A stretch of 64,000 nt of DNA, taken from Marinicella sp. Lineage in GTDB: Bacteria; Pseudomonadota; Gammaproteobacteria; Xanthomonadales; Marinicellaceae. Both the position numbers and the translations under genes were made by a program. Within the stretch, counting starts at the first letter, position 1; every line of letters begins with the position of its first letter. The stretch is from contig OZ246001.1 in NCBI GenBank assembly GCA_965230295.1, positions 3,712,001 through 3,776,000 on the forward strand, in the 5' to 3' direction. Of the stretch, positions 38,573 to 48,777 are shown one piece after another. The notes beneath the pieces are model-generated. The model did not search any database, was not told the DNA's origin, and saw nothing but the letters and a program-made list of their open reading frames with translations.

Positions 38573-39937
38573 ATAAAAGAAATTTATATTGAAAATTTAA
38601 AAGAATTAACTACACAATTAGATCGGTACAGCGAGAATCATCTTTTTCGAGGTCAAACAGGTCATTACCTAGATAAACATGATGAAGTTAATATCCCAAC
38701 ATCCTTTGAACGGCATGGCTGTATTCCTCCTCTCATGCTCAAATGGACTCACTATTCCAAAGCAATTATTCGTGCATTTAGTGGAGAAGATTACCATGAT
38801 ATGGATATTGGCCTCTCTCAGGCAATACTTCAACACTATGGGTGGAGATCATTTTTTATAGACTTGTCTAAAGATGCATATATAGCTTGTTGGTTTGCAG
38901 CTAACAAATATGAAGATGAAATAACTTCATACATGTGTGAGGATTTTGAAGAAAGCCCTGTTATGCTATTTCATAGAAAAGCTTCATATAATGAGTTTAA
39001 AGAAGATGGAAACATTTATATTATTGATACAAGGTACTTTTCAAAAAACAATATTAAAATTCATGATTTAACAGTTTTATCAGACCCTCAAGATAACAAT
39101 AGATTTCAGGTACAATCCGCATGCTTAGTCGAAGCTTTTAATGGTTTTTTACCTGTTGATAGTATAGCTGCACATTTAATAGTAAAACATGAGGTATTAA
39201 AAGAATACTATGTATCCAAGGGTGTAAATAATACTCTTGACATATTTCCTGACAGAAAAAATGATTTTATTTTGAACAGTCTATTATCATTGCCTTGGTA
39301 CAATGTTCCGTCAGGTTCTAATTATTCTATTCCATTTTTTAAACGAAGCTTAGAAATTCCTGAATATGATTTTTCTTTCATAAAACACTTACCTGCTTCA
39401 ATAACACTTTTTAAACCCTTTTGGGTATCTGACCATAAACAGTTAGACAATTTTCCGTTTGTAGACTTTCTATCGTTTAAGGTTAGCGAAAATGACTACT
39501 TTACTGGTAAAAGTGATCAGTTTGATCTGATTGAAGTAAATCAGGTATTACTAGAGAATCCAAAGATTATTATCGAAATCGATGGACTAATAAAAATTCC
39601 TGAGTTTAGTGATAATTGTGAATTTGAAAAGGGGATAGTAGTTGAGAAGATCAACAATAATATTTATTCAGTGTCTGCATTAATAGTAAAACAACTTGGC
39701 CAAGTAGTTACTGGTGTCGGCACAAATAATGGTTGGTTCTATAAAGTTATTAATGGAAACTGGAAAAAGATAAATCATTCAAAACAGTGTCCATGTAATA
39801 ATGATTTAAGACATGAACTTCAATTTTCATTACTAAGAATGTTAAATGAACACTTAAAAGATGAACTAATGATTCCTGAGAAAAATATGAATTTTTCCTA
39901 CAAAGGATTATTAAACTATAGAGGACTATTAAAGTAA
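38573..39937 (+). CDS. FRG-domain protein; frame begins at ATA (non-canonical or lost start)
   Basis: In-frame upstream extension contains LFRGQ; LQHYG..S.FIDLS..IACWFA; AAGGA precedes ATA 38573. Confidence 0.78.
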   Translation: MKEIYIENLKELTTQLDRYSENHLFRGQTGHYLDKHDEVNIPTSFERHGCIPPLMLKWTHYSKAIIRAFSGEDYHDMDIGLSQAILQHYGWRSFFIDLSKDAYIACWFAANKYEDEITSYMCEDFEESPVMLFHRKASYNEFKEDGNIYIIDTRYFSKNNIKIHDLTVLSDPQDNNRFQVQSACLVEAFNGFLPVDSIAAHLIVKHEVLKEYYVSKGVNNTLDIFPDRKNDFILNSLLSLPWYNVPSGSNYSIPFFKRSLEIPEYDFSFIKHLPASITLFKPFWVSDHKQLDNFPFVDFLSFKVSENDYFTGKSDQFDLIEVNQVLLENPKIIIEIDGLIKIPEFSDNCEFEKGIVVEKINNNIYSVSALIVKQLGQVVTGVGTNNGWFYKVINGNWKKINHSKQCPCNNDLRHELQFSLLRMLNEHLKDELMIPEKNMNFSYKGLLNYRGLLK

Positions 39938-40221
39938 GCTGAATTCGATATTATTCAATAAATGATCATTTAATATGGGTTATAACTAATTAAAAATTAT
40001 TGAATAAATTGAAACAATAAATATTGATAAATTAGATGAATAGGGTGTTCATCTAATTTTACAAATAGCTCCTCATGTAGCAATTGAATATTTTGAATGT
40101 CTACAACCGCTAGTTTTCTACCCAATATAAAATACATTATGTGAGTCTAAATTAACTACTTCTTTAGAGCTTAGCTTTAAAGTTTAACTGTTGTATCACT
40201 ACCGGTGCACTTGTTAGCTCT

Positions 40222-41130
40222 TTACTTGGCATGATTTCTAGCTAAATGTTTATTTAGGTTTTTGGGGTTAAGTTTAACGTTACATTCTGGGCACGTTATA
40301 TATTCTACGTTGCGTTCCTCTCTTCCGGCTCCACTAAGTTTCGCCATACTTGTTGTCAACGCGGTATCATTAGTTGTATTACGCTCAGCTGGAGATGGAC
40401 CAACAGTCAGCCTTGTTTTGATACTCTCGAAAGCTTTTTTACATACCGACTCTATTCCTGGACTCAGCTGTATAGCTGTTACCCCCATTAATTCCAAATC
40501 ACGCATTATAACTGGACGTTCTTTGACTGAAATTGTGTACTTAGTTAAGAAATGCATACCATTTTTTTCATTAATTCGGATATGGGCTTCAGGGTCTTGG
40601 GTGTTAGTAAACCAGAAAACACCTTGTTGAAGCATTTGCTTATGATTGCCCCGAAAAGTTGGCCTTAGTAAAGTGACATGTTGGGCTGGGTCGTCAAAGT
40701 TGTAGTTAGGTTTATAATAATTTGACCACAACTGCTGATTAAAACTGTAAATAGCCACTTCATCGGATTGTGGTTCAAATTGGTCTACACCCTCTAAAGC
40801 AAAATATGCAGCAATATATGGAGAAAAGGTCCAATCTAGCAAAGGTGTTGGAAATCCATTATGTTGAAGAAATGCCAAAAATTGAGCCATGTCAATAGGA
40901 TTACTTAAGTCTCTTCTAGTGCCATCCCATGCCTCTACTTGTTCTTGGATTTCCGGAATCAACGTTCTAAAGTAAAAAAGGAAATCTTCAGTTGTGGTAA
41001 TCAGCTTTGTTCGATGAAGAGACGTAGTTAAAAACCATGCTGAATTGGATTGCCCTCGGTATATAAGGTTCTTCCTATCTTGGATTTCCATTCCAACGAT
41101 CTCTTTGTATTTATCCCATGATATTTTCAT
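40222..41130 (-). CDS. FRG-domain protein with C-terminal C2H2-type finger (integron cassette 2)
   Basis: IYRGQSN, LQHNGFPTPLLDWTFSPYIAAYFA, QQGVF; CPEC..HLARNH. Confidence 0.88.
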   Translation of the reverse strand: MKISWDKYKEIVGMEIQDRKNLIYRGQSNSAWFLTTSLHRTKLITTTEDFLFYFRTLIPEIQEQVEAWDGTRRDLSNPIDMAQFLAFLQHNGFPTPLLDWTFSPYIAAYFALEGVDQFEPQSDEVAIYSFNQQLWSNYYKPNYNFDDPAQHVTLLRPTFRGNHKQMLQQGVFWFTNTQDPEAHIRINEKNGMHFLTKYTISVKERPVIMRDLELMGVTAIQLSPGIESVCKKAFESIKTRLTVGPSPAERNTTNDTALTTSMAKLSGAGREERNVEYITCPECNVKLNPKNLNKHLARNHAK

Positions 41131-41145
41131 CCACGATCTCTTTAG

Positions 41146-41217
41146 TGCTAACGCCCGCATTTGCGGCTGATTTGGAGCGCAGCGGATAACCAGTCCGACA
41201 ACATGCGCTTGTTAGGT
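41146..41217 (-). other. Integron attC site (72 bp)
   Basis: Minus strand: ACCTAAC-AAGC-GCATGTTG...CAAATGC-GGGC-GTTAGCA; R''/L''/L'/R' boxes with extrahelical G; R'' overlaps the cassette stop. Confidence 0.92.
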
Positions 41218-42279
41218 TTTACTTTCAATATGGCTCTCACAGTTTGTTGTAATTATATCAACCAATGAATGGATGTCGTCTTCATTGTAATTCACCTGAT
41301 CAAGAACCCATGGGAAAGCTTTGAAGTGCTCAAACATTCCATACTCTCTTTGCGTTTGCTCTATGATAGGTTGAACAGGTAAAGAAGGGAATTGTGGAAT
41401 TATCGAAGTAAGCTCCTGTGGAATGCTTTTGGGGCTAGATATGTCAGCAATAACGAACTTTGCTAAAGACGCTAGAGTAATAATGGTTTCTGTTACATTT
41501 CTACTACTCGGCCCCTCGAAATCAAATAGCACTGGCAGGTAGCCCTTATTCTGAAGTTCTTCTTTTATAGTATCGAGGATGGCCTTACGTTCTTCTGTGA
41601 ACCGTCCAAGTATGAGAACAACTTTTGATGTAATTGTATCTATTACGTCTCTTATCTTTGAATTATTAACCAATAAAGATATAAATTGTGCCAACTCAAT
41701 GGTTGGAACTGTGATGCATGTTCCTACCTCTTCGATGTAGATATTACTCTGCCGACTACCATCTAGAACAAGGTCCCAAGCAGATACACCATAAACCCTA
41801 GCTCCATCAATTACCGTATCTGTAAAATCGGTTTTTACCAAACTCATATTACTTAGTTTTGTGAAAATAAACTTGGAACCTGAGAAATTCGTTTCCTCTG
41901 CACTACAGTATGAAAGATCGGCGTTCGTGAAATCACACTCATGAAATTCTGCTGAGCCTATTTTTGTGACAGCAAGACTAGCACCCTCAAAACTACAGTT
42001 TTGAAAGAATGAAAAGCAAATATCTGAAAAATTGAGATCGCTACCGGCTAGAAAACAGCGTATAAAATATGAATTTCTTGCGGTTACTCGATTTAGATTC
42101 ATGCAGGACAAATTATAACCAGTAAATTCTGGCATGTCGTAAGTTGATTCATAAGTGTGAACGTCTTTCTCGAAATCAATATCCGATAGGTCTGGCTTTA
42201 TGTTAGGATTTCCATTTCTCCAAGCATTCCATACTTGAGGGCCTTTTTTAAATATTTCGACATGTTCTGCTACTGCCAC
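41212..42279 (-). CDS. Pentapeptide-repeat protein with C-terminal TIR/NDT-like domain (integron cassette 1)
   Basis: WNAWR..PDLS, A(D/N)L.. pentapeptides, KVVLILGRF..FDF..FVIADIS.PKSIPQEL; AAGGAGG RBS. Confidence 0.85.
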   Translation of the reverse strand: MAVAEHVEIFKKGPQVWNAWRNGNPNIKPDLSDIDFEKDVHTYESTYDMPEFTGYNLSCMNLNRVTARNSYFIRCFLAGSDLNFSDICFSFFQNCSFEGASLAVTKIGSAEFHECDFTNADLSYCSAEETNFSGSKFIFTKLSNMSLVKTDFTDTVIDGARVYGVSAWDLVLDGSRQSNIYIEEVGTCITVPTIELAQFISLLVNNSKIRDVIDTITSKVVLILGRFTEERKAILDTIKEELQNKGYLPVLFDFEGPSSRNVTETIITLASLAKFVIADISSPKSIPQELTSIIPQFPSLPVQPIIEQTQREYGMFEHFKAFPWVLDQVNYNEDDIHSLVDIITTNCESHIESKT

Positions 42280-42293
42280 TTAACCCTCCTTAA

Positions 42294-42320
42294 ACCCAAC
42301 TATTTATTATATGTGCATTA
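42294..42320 (-). other. attI-like site (GTTGGGT core) with no adjacent intI
   Basis: CATATAATAAATAGTTGGGT directly before cassette 1; core nearly complementary to that cassette's R'' ACCTAAC. Confidence 0.6.
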
Positions 42321-42487
42321 ATGTTATATATCGTCATATTTGTGTATTTATTGTATCCTTAATTTTACTATATTGGGTGATGTGCCAGATTTGATGAAAT
42401 TCACCCATTAAACCAGTTTAACATATTGATTTTATTAATTAAAAAGTTCTTGTTTTTGAAATAGAAGAGTAGGGCAGTTTGATAATC

Positions 42488-45400
42488 CTATCCAGGTGAT
42501 TTGTATATCTTTATATTCATCATATCTTTGATACTTGCAGTAAATGAACTGGTATGCTTATGATCAAAATCATAAAACCCTTTCATGCTGATATGTAACC
42601 ATGATATTACTGACCCTTTCCGAATTGAATCAATGACCTCTATTTTTTCTGCTTTGGTTTTCAAATTATGAATGTGATTGGACAAAAACAGATAATTCCA
42701 GAGCACGATGGCATTTTTGATCAGGGCAGTGCATGAAACTACTTTGAGCATTTCTCTTTGGGAGCCAACAAAAAGTTTCCCTTTCCTGGCAAAGAATACT
42801 GCATCAGATAATTTTTGACCTAACTCTACAATATTGAGCTGTTTTTGGATTGATCTTCTCAATTTTTTACTATCAATGTACTCGAGTATGAATTTCGATT
42901 TAATCAACCTTCCGAATTCCCTGATTGCCTTGTAGAGCTCATTTTGTTTTGGGCTTGAAGATATGATTTTAAAGAGGTGTGATGGTGAATAATCACCTCG
43001 TTTAATGGTGGCCATAAATCTTAAAATGTCATCCCAATTCTTCAATATCAACTTACGATTGATTTTAGTCTTGGGGGCAATTGGCGAATCTGAATATCTT
43101 CTCAATGACTTAGTTTCATAGGCATAAATAACCTGCTTATTAACTTGTTTTATACGTGGGGCAAAAGACACATCTAAAAAATGCATGCCAGCAAATATGG
43201 GCTCCGTGTAACCATGAGTATCAGTTGAGTGGATGTAATCATATTTTCCCTCACGAAAAATTGAAGCTCTTGTTTCAACGATACCATCCATCATGTAAGC
43301 AGCTTCTCGATCTGATGATGTGAGGATATTGACATGGTAAAATGTATGTTTATTGTCAACAAATGAATTCACACTGATGCCTTGCTCTCTTCCATAATAC
43401 TTATACGAATAGTTTGCAAGAATCGAATCAACAGCGACAACCACTTTCTTGCCATCACTGCTCGAATGAATGGTGCCATTAGCATCACTGAATAGGGTAG
43501 GGAGTGGTAGTTTTTTAATAAATTTGCTGATCCTGTTATTAGCTCTTCTTATATTCTTCAACGAAAATCTATTTCTATCCGTTTGTTCAAGAATCTTTTT
43601 TGAAATGCCTCTGGTAGATCTTGACATATCACTATGCCCAATGTTGTTTCCCAAGCTCATCAAAGTGGCATAAATCAGTTTTAAATCAATACTTTCTTTG
43701 GAGTGTTTTCTTGAATGATGCGTGAAACATTCAGAGAATTGAGTGTATTCGTCAATTTCAGCAAGTAGTTCATACAACATTTTAAAACTGGACTCGCTGA
43801 GCAAGTTTGGTATGTACTTAGTAGACTCATAATTAGGCTCATTATCTATTAATCTCCATTTACCACTATCTGAGATTTTCAAGTATTTATTCTTGCCCTC
43901 GATGCAATTCCGGTTGATTCGCTCATAAGTTTTGGTTAGATCTTTTCCAAGTTCATCGAGAACCTTCTCACCATCAGCATATTTCAACAAGCAAACATGC
44001 TCCAATATTTCATTTTTATCTTTATCCCATTGTTCATCAGGTATGAAATATGAGTTGTGTGCTCTGTATTTGTAGGAGTATTTCAAAGTGAGTTCTTTGT
44101 TTCTGATTGCCTCTTTGATATGAGTAAATAGTATGACTTTGAATTTAGTGACGTGTGGATATCCATTGCTGTCATCATTCATATGCTCAAGCTCATGAGC
44201 TGAAAATAAGTGGTTACTGTATTCAATGGTTTCTTCACTTTTTGCATAACTTGCAATTGCGTCATACAAGGCCTCTTTAGAGTTTTCTTGATCAAAAACA
44301 AGGACCTTTAATGATGAAGACAGGGCACTTTGCATTGACTTTGATAATTTAAAAAGCGCAAGATAGTATTCTAGTTTTGATTTTGAGTTTTCAACATCCT
44401 CATGAATCCTGGTTGCATGCTGTTCAAAGTCGGGAAATAACTCTCTGAGATACGATTTAACTTCCATCAAGGCCTCTTGAACTTTCATATCTGAGGAATA
44501 TGTTTCATCCTCCAGTATTCCTTCAATCTTTTCAAATCCTTTCTTTGCACTGAAACCAGTAGCAACCGCAGCTACACTTGATGTATGAAGGTCTTTTTCA
44601 CCTTGCTGTTTGATCTCGACCTCAAGTCTCCTTGCTTGGTGCATATCGCGTATAACACGACGAAGTATTGAATCAACAGCATGATCTTGCCTTTGAAAAA
44701 ACTGATCTTGAACAAATGCGACCAATCGTAACCTCAGCATGGTTTTATTCTTCAAATTTTTGATTTGATATAAATCCGTTTTATAAATCCATTCTGAAAA
44801 GTGTTTCACGGCTTCTGGAGTTATTTCAAGTTTTTTGATCAATGGTTTTATCGTGAAAAAAACCTCTTTGATCGCTCCAAGGATCTTGGCATTTTGATTT
44901 AAATCTCTATTAGCTGGTGATTGGCTGATTCGTTTGTATTCTGTGAATGAATTCACAGCCTCTGGATCTTCTAATAAATTTTTTAGAGCAATCTTCTGTT
45001 TCAAACTGATGTTATTGCTTAATCTTTCCATGATCATGGTTTCGTATTTCAAATAAGCATCATTAACAATAGATTCTAATTTGATGAAGCGTGGAATTTC
45101 AATCTTGCGACCCCACAGAAAATTGATCAATGTAAAAATCGTTTCTTCTTTAGACTTTTGTTTATCGACTTGTATGCTGGCATGTGATCTTAAATCACGG
45201 TCATACTCTTTGCTGAATGATCTCCAGCCTTTTAGCTTAAGGATAATCTTTTGATGCCGTTTGTATGTTTTGTAATCATAATGACTCAAATCAACCGCAC
45301 TCAGAGCTCCTACAATCATTTCAGCCCTTGTAATATCTCGTTTTCTAAGTCTTAGTTTTTTTAGATCAAAAAACCTTCCTTTTGACCTAAAATAAGCCCA

Positions 45401-45562
45401 TTGGAGTAAAAAGCCTACCTTGTTAACCGAGCTACCCAATGAGTAAACAAACTTTCTGTTAACGGCATTTATACAAACATAAACTTTACGTTCTTCTGAG
45501 TTGAATTTGGGAATTTCTCGGAACCTTCTTTCATGACCTTTGGTTAATATTTTATTTGTCAT
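42488..45562 (-). CDS. tnpA: Full-length Tn3-family transposase
   Basis: 1024 aa; SSSDGKK, HSTDTHGYTE..FA, FAPRIK, QLNIVE, NAIVLWN. Confidence 0.93.
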   Translation of the reverse strand: MTNKILTKGHERRFREIPKFNSEERKVYVCINAVNRKFVYSLGSSVNKVGFLLQWAYFRSKGRFFDLKKLRLRKRDITRAEMIVGALSAVDLSHYDYKTYKRHQKIILKLKGWRSFSKEYDRDLRSHASIQVDKQKSKEETIFTLINFLWGRKIEIPRFIKLESIVNDAYLKYETMIMERLSNNISLKQKIALKNLLEDPEAVNSFTEYKRISQSPANRDLNQNAKILGAIKEVFFTIKPLIKKLEITPEAVKHFSEWIYKTDLYQIKNLKNKTMLRLRLVAFVQDQFFQRQDHAVDSILRRVIRDMHQARRLEVEIKQQGEKDLHTSSVAAVATGFSAKKGFEKIEGILEDETYSSDMKVQEALMEVKSYLRELFPDFEQHATRIHEDVENSKSKLEYYLALFKLSKSMQSALSSSLKVLVFDQENSKEALYDAIASYAKSEETIEYSNHLFSAHELEHMNDDSNGYPHVTKFKVILFTHIKEAIRNKELTLKYSYKYRAHNSYFIPDEQWDKDKNEILEHVCLLKYADGEKVLDELGKDLTKTYERINRNCIEGKNKYLKISDSGKWRLIDNEPNYESTKYIPNLLSESSFKMLYELLAEIDEYTQFSECFTHHSRKHSKESIDLKLIYATLMSLGNNIGHSDMSRSTRGISKKILEQTDRNRFSLKNIRRANNRISKFIKKLPLPTLFSDANGTIHSSSDGKKVVVAVDSILANYSYKYYGREQGISVNSFVDNKHTFYHVNILTSSDREAAYMMDGIVETRASIFREGKYDYIHSTDTHGYTEPIFAGMHFLDVSFAPRIKQVNKQVIYAYETKSLRRYSDSPIAPKTKINRKLILKNWDDILRFMATIKRGDYSPSHLFKIISSSPKQNELYKAIREFGRLIKSKFILEYIDSKKLRRSIQKQLNIVELGQKLSDAVFFARKGKLFVGSQREMLKVVSCTALIKNAIVLWNYLFLSNHIHNLKTKAEKIEVIDSIRKGSVISWLHISMKGFYDFDHKHTSSFTASIKDMMNIKIYKSPG

Positions 45563-45831
45563 TATGATATAATCTATTTCTTAGACTTAGTTATTTTAAA
45601 TTAAAAAACAGTCTTTTTCGTTACCGTTTTTCCCATTTTTGGGAAGGCAATATTACAGTATACATAGCCAGAGAGCTGATTTTTTTGTATTGTACAATAC
45701 AATTTTTTTCATCCATATTCTCTCCCAAAGCACTCATCAATTTTTACAAGCCAGTAACATAAGATTGACTCTTGAAGTCTTAATATTTATGCATTGTACA
45801 AAACAATATTATTTGAGTTTATAATGAAAGA

Positions 45832-46629
45832 ATGGAGCCTACATCCGAACTTTACGAATCACTGCAAATTGCGTACAAGCATTTCAATAAGAGACTATTT
45901 GATGAAAGTCTTGTAAAAGTCATTTTTACTGTTCAAAGACAAAAAGGTGTTATGGGCTTTTTCGCTCCTGACAGGTGGGGGAGTTTAGAGGGAACTAAAT
46001 GCCATGAGATTGCCATCAATCCATCATACATCGCAAATGCTCGTTTAATTGAGGTGATGCAGACGCTGGTTCATGAAATGGTTCATTGTTGGCAATTTTG
46101 CTATGGTGACCCAGGACGGAAGTTCTACCATAACAAAGAATGGGCCAACAAAATGATTGAGATCGGTTTAATGCCATCTCACACTGGTAGGCCTGGTGGA
46201 AGGATAACCGGTCAACACATGAGCGATTACATCATTAAAAATGGTGAGTTTCACAAAGCTTTTAAAGTTTTGGATAGGCGAAAAAAATTTAAGTTAAAGT
46301 GGGTTGATCTGCTCTCACTTCCAAGACTAAACGATCCAATAATTGCTGACCCAAGTGTTAAAGATAATAACCAAGCAAATCTGACAACTATCATCAAAAA
46401 TAATCCAGAACTGGATGAATTTGACCTTACTAAATTATCTGAATACGAAATAGAGGATGATGTTTCATCCTTCACCGAGTTGCTCCCAAACAACTTTGTT
46501 ATTCAACAAAAACCGCCCAATAAAACAAGGATTAAATATGTTTGTTACGGTTGTAATGCCATTGTCTATGGTAAACAAAATCTAAACATCAGATGCGAGG
46601 ATTGCAATATCTCGTTTGAGGAAAATTGA
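45832..46629 (+). CDS. SprT-like zinc metalloprotease with C-terminal Zn ribbon
   Basis: EIAINP, TLVHEMVH, YHNKEWA..M..IGLMPS.TG.PGG; CYGC..CEDC. Confidence 0.88.
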   Translation: MEPTSELYESLQIAYKHFNKRLFDESLVKVIFTVQRQKGVMGFFAPDRWGSLEGTKCHEIAINPSYIANARLIEVMQTLVHEMVHCWQFCYGDPGRKFYHNKEWANKMIEIGLMPSHTGRPGGRITGQHMSDYIIKNGEFHKAFKVLDRRKKFKLKWVDLLSLPRLNDPIIADPSVKDNNQANLTTIIKNNPELDEFDLTKLSEYEIEDDVSSFTELLPNNFVIQQKPPNKTRIKYVCYGCNAIVYGKQNLNIRCEDCNISFEEN

Positions 46630-46642
46630 TAGCTAGAGAAGT

Positions 46643-46855
46643 CTATCTGCTGTGGCATTCGCTGGCACAGTAATAACATCCATCTACATTTGCATAATAC
46701 CTTTTAGCCTCAAGAATAGCACTTTGACAATTGGGATGAACACCCAAAAATACCTGATTATGCGGTAAAGGTAACCTGTTGCAGTGTCTGTCTAAATTAT
46801 GAACTTCGTGTTCCCCGGTTGCTTGAGCATTTTTATTTACACAAAATCTTGGCAT
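46643..46855 (-). CDS. Small Cys/His-rich protein
   Basis: VNKNAQ.TGEHEVH..C..LG...CQSA..DGCYYC..CH; paralogue at 346-559. Confidence 0.8.
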   Translation of the reverse strand: MPRFCVNKNAQATGEHEVHNLDRHCNRLPLPHNQVFLGVHPNCQSAILEAKRYYANVDGCYYCASECHSR

Positions 46856-47003
46856 TGAATCAATCCGCTTTAAAAGGTAATAACATAATTGAATTCAATT
46901 AATTTATCTGTCAATAAATTCTTACTTGCATGTAAGAAAATATCAATACTTTAAGAGAATGTGGAGTCTAACATTTAGTTCATTTATTGATTCTCAGAAT
47001 TGC

Positions 47004-47408
47004 TTAATCTTTACAGTCACAATCTTGTAAAGATTTAATGATGCCACAATCGCCAACTTTTTGATTTAAGGGGCATGAATCATTGAGCATTTGTAATTGG
47101 GATTTAAGTTTTCTCAATTCCTTCATTTTGATTGTTACCAACCTGATTTGAGTATTAATGAGTTCATTGACTTCCTCACAAAATGAATCAGGATTATCTC
47201 TCAATTCGTTAATACGTTTAATGTCACTTAAGGATAAATCAAGGTGACGACAGTGTTTAATGAACTCCAGTTGATCGATGACCTTTTTATCATAGACCCT
47301 GAAGTTCCCCTCTGTTCTGCCTGCTGATCTTATTAACTTTTGAGACTCATAGTAACGAATGGTCTGAACGGGGAGGTTGGTTTTTTTGGAAACTTGTCCA
47401 ATTTTCAT
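47004..47408 (-). CDS. cadR: Cd(II)/Pb(II)-responsive MerR-family regulator
   Basis: MKIGQ..TIRYYE..RTEGNFRVY..FIKHCRHLD; Cys in FCEEVN, SCP, DCGII. Confidence 0.88.
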   Translation of the reverse strand: MKIGQVSKKTNLPVQTIRYYESQKLIRSAGRTEGNFRVYDKKVIDQLEFIKHCRHLDLSLSDIKRINELRDNPDSFCEEVNELINTQIRLVTIKMKELRKLKSQLQMLNDSCPLNQKVGDCGIIKSLQDCDCKD

Positions 47409-47416
47409 GTTTATTC

Positions 47417-47447
47417 TTGACTCTATAGTAACTATAGATATTAAACT
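47417..47447 (+). promoter_or_regulatory. MerR-type promoter/operator 1
   Basis: TTGACT, 19-bp spacer with CTATAGTAACTATAG dyad, TAAACT. Confidence 0.9.
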
Positions 47448-47476
47448 GCAAACTTAATAAGAACAAGCATATTTTC

Positions 47477-48364
47477 ATGTCAGATACATGTAACAATAAT
47501 TGCAATGCCGAAAAGCAAAGTACAGACCAAATCACAGACATTCCTGATCATGGCCTGGTAAGTACTTTTAAGGTGACCAAAATGGATTGTCCTTCAGAAG
47601 AAAGAATGATTCGTATGGCTCTGGAAAATTGCCAGTCTTTAAAAGCCATGGAATTTGACATCCCTGAACGGATTTTGAAGGTTTACCATGAAAAAGACAT
47701 CGATCATATCAATCAGAAGCTAACTGATTTGAACTTGGGATCAAAGTTGTTAAAAACCCAAGAAATAACTTCTGAAGCACTTTCTGAAATCGTTGACAAA
47801 GCCAATTCAGAGGATGCCAAGGAATTCAAAGTGCTCATGTGGCTATTGACCATCAATGCTGTCATGTTTGTGGTTGAGTTTACTGTTGGCATAGTGGCTC
47901 AATCTACAGGCTTGATTGCTGACTCCCTTGATATGTTTGCAGATGCTGCCGTTTATGGCACTGCGATTTATGCAATTGGTAAAAGTGATGTGTTGAAATT
48001 AAAAGCAGCTCATTTATCTGGATGGCTCCAAATATTGTTAGGTCTTGGTGCCTTGTTGGAAGTTATTCGAAGATTTATATATGGCAGCGAACCGGTTTCT
48101 GCGTTAATGATTTCAATGGGATTGGTTGCATTGATTGCTAACGTTGCATGTTTGATGCTTATCGCGAAGAAAAAAGATTCCGGGGCACACATGAAGGCCA
48201 GTTGGATTTTTTCAGCCAACGACGTGATTGCCAATGTTGGTGTGATTTTGGCGGGATTTCTCGTTTGGTTTACCGGTTCTGCACTTCCTGATTTATTGAT
48301 AGGACTTGTTATAGTAGCTGTTGTATTGAATGGGGCGCGACGGATCTTACAAATAAAATCATGA
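47477..48364 (+). CDS. CDF-family cation transporter with N-terminal HMA-like domain
   Basis: KMDCPSEE; GLIADSLDMFADA; HMKASWIFSANDV. Confidence 0.9.
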   Translation: MSDTCNNNCNAEKQSTDQITDIPDHGLVSTFKVTKMDCPSEERMIRMALENCQSLKAMEFDIPERILKVYHEKDIDHINQKLTDLNLGSKLLKTQEITSEALSEIVDKANSEDAKEFKVLMWLLTINAVMFVVEFTVGIVAQSTGLIADSLDMFADAAVYGTAIYAIGKSDVLKLKAAHLSGWLQILLGLGALLEVIRRFIYGSEPVSALMISMGLVALIANVACLMLIAKKKDSGAHMKASWIFSANDVIANVGVILAGFLVWFTGSALPDLLIGLVIVAVVLNGARRILQIKS

Positions 48365-48444
48365 GTTAGATACTGCAACAATACTGAACGACTTGATACA
48401 ATATGAGTCAAAACATAAATACGACAATTAGACATTTAGATTTC

Positions 48445-48777
48445 ATGCATCACAAACCGCTCATCATTCTGCTTTTATTGGCTGTTTCATTTCAGTCAAT
48501 TTCTGCAGTGGCTGATGTTCACCAGTCTCACCAATCCGGTGTTGAGCATTTAGAGTTTGAGCACGATCATGATTCAGAACCAGAAATAAAAACTGATGAT
48601 GAGTCGAGTTCCTTTGATTGTCATCATTGTTGTCATTGTCATGGGGGACATGTGTCTTCCTTTTTACATCGAACCTTTAATCTGGTTTTTCAGGAGCTGG
48701 ATCAATCCATTCAAATATATGGCCAGTCCTTTCAGAAGGGTGTCTCTTCCCGGCTATTAAGGCCACCGCAAGCCTGA
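48445..48777 (+). CDS. CzcI/DUF2946-like metal-binding leader protein
   Basis: Signal-like N-terminus, DCHHCCHCH, C-terminal LLRPP. Confidence 0.7.
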   Translation: MHHKPLIILLLLAVSFQSISAVADVHQSHQSGVEHLEFEHDHDSEPEIKTDDESSSFDCHHCCHCHGGHVSSFLHRTFNLVFQELDQSIQIYGQSFQKGVSSRLLRPPQA

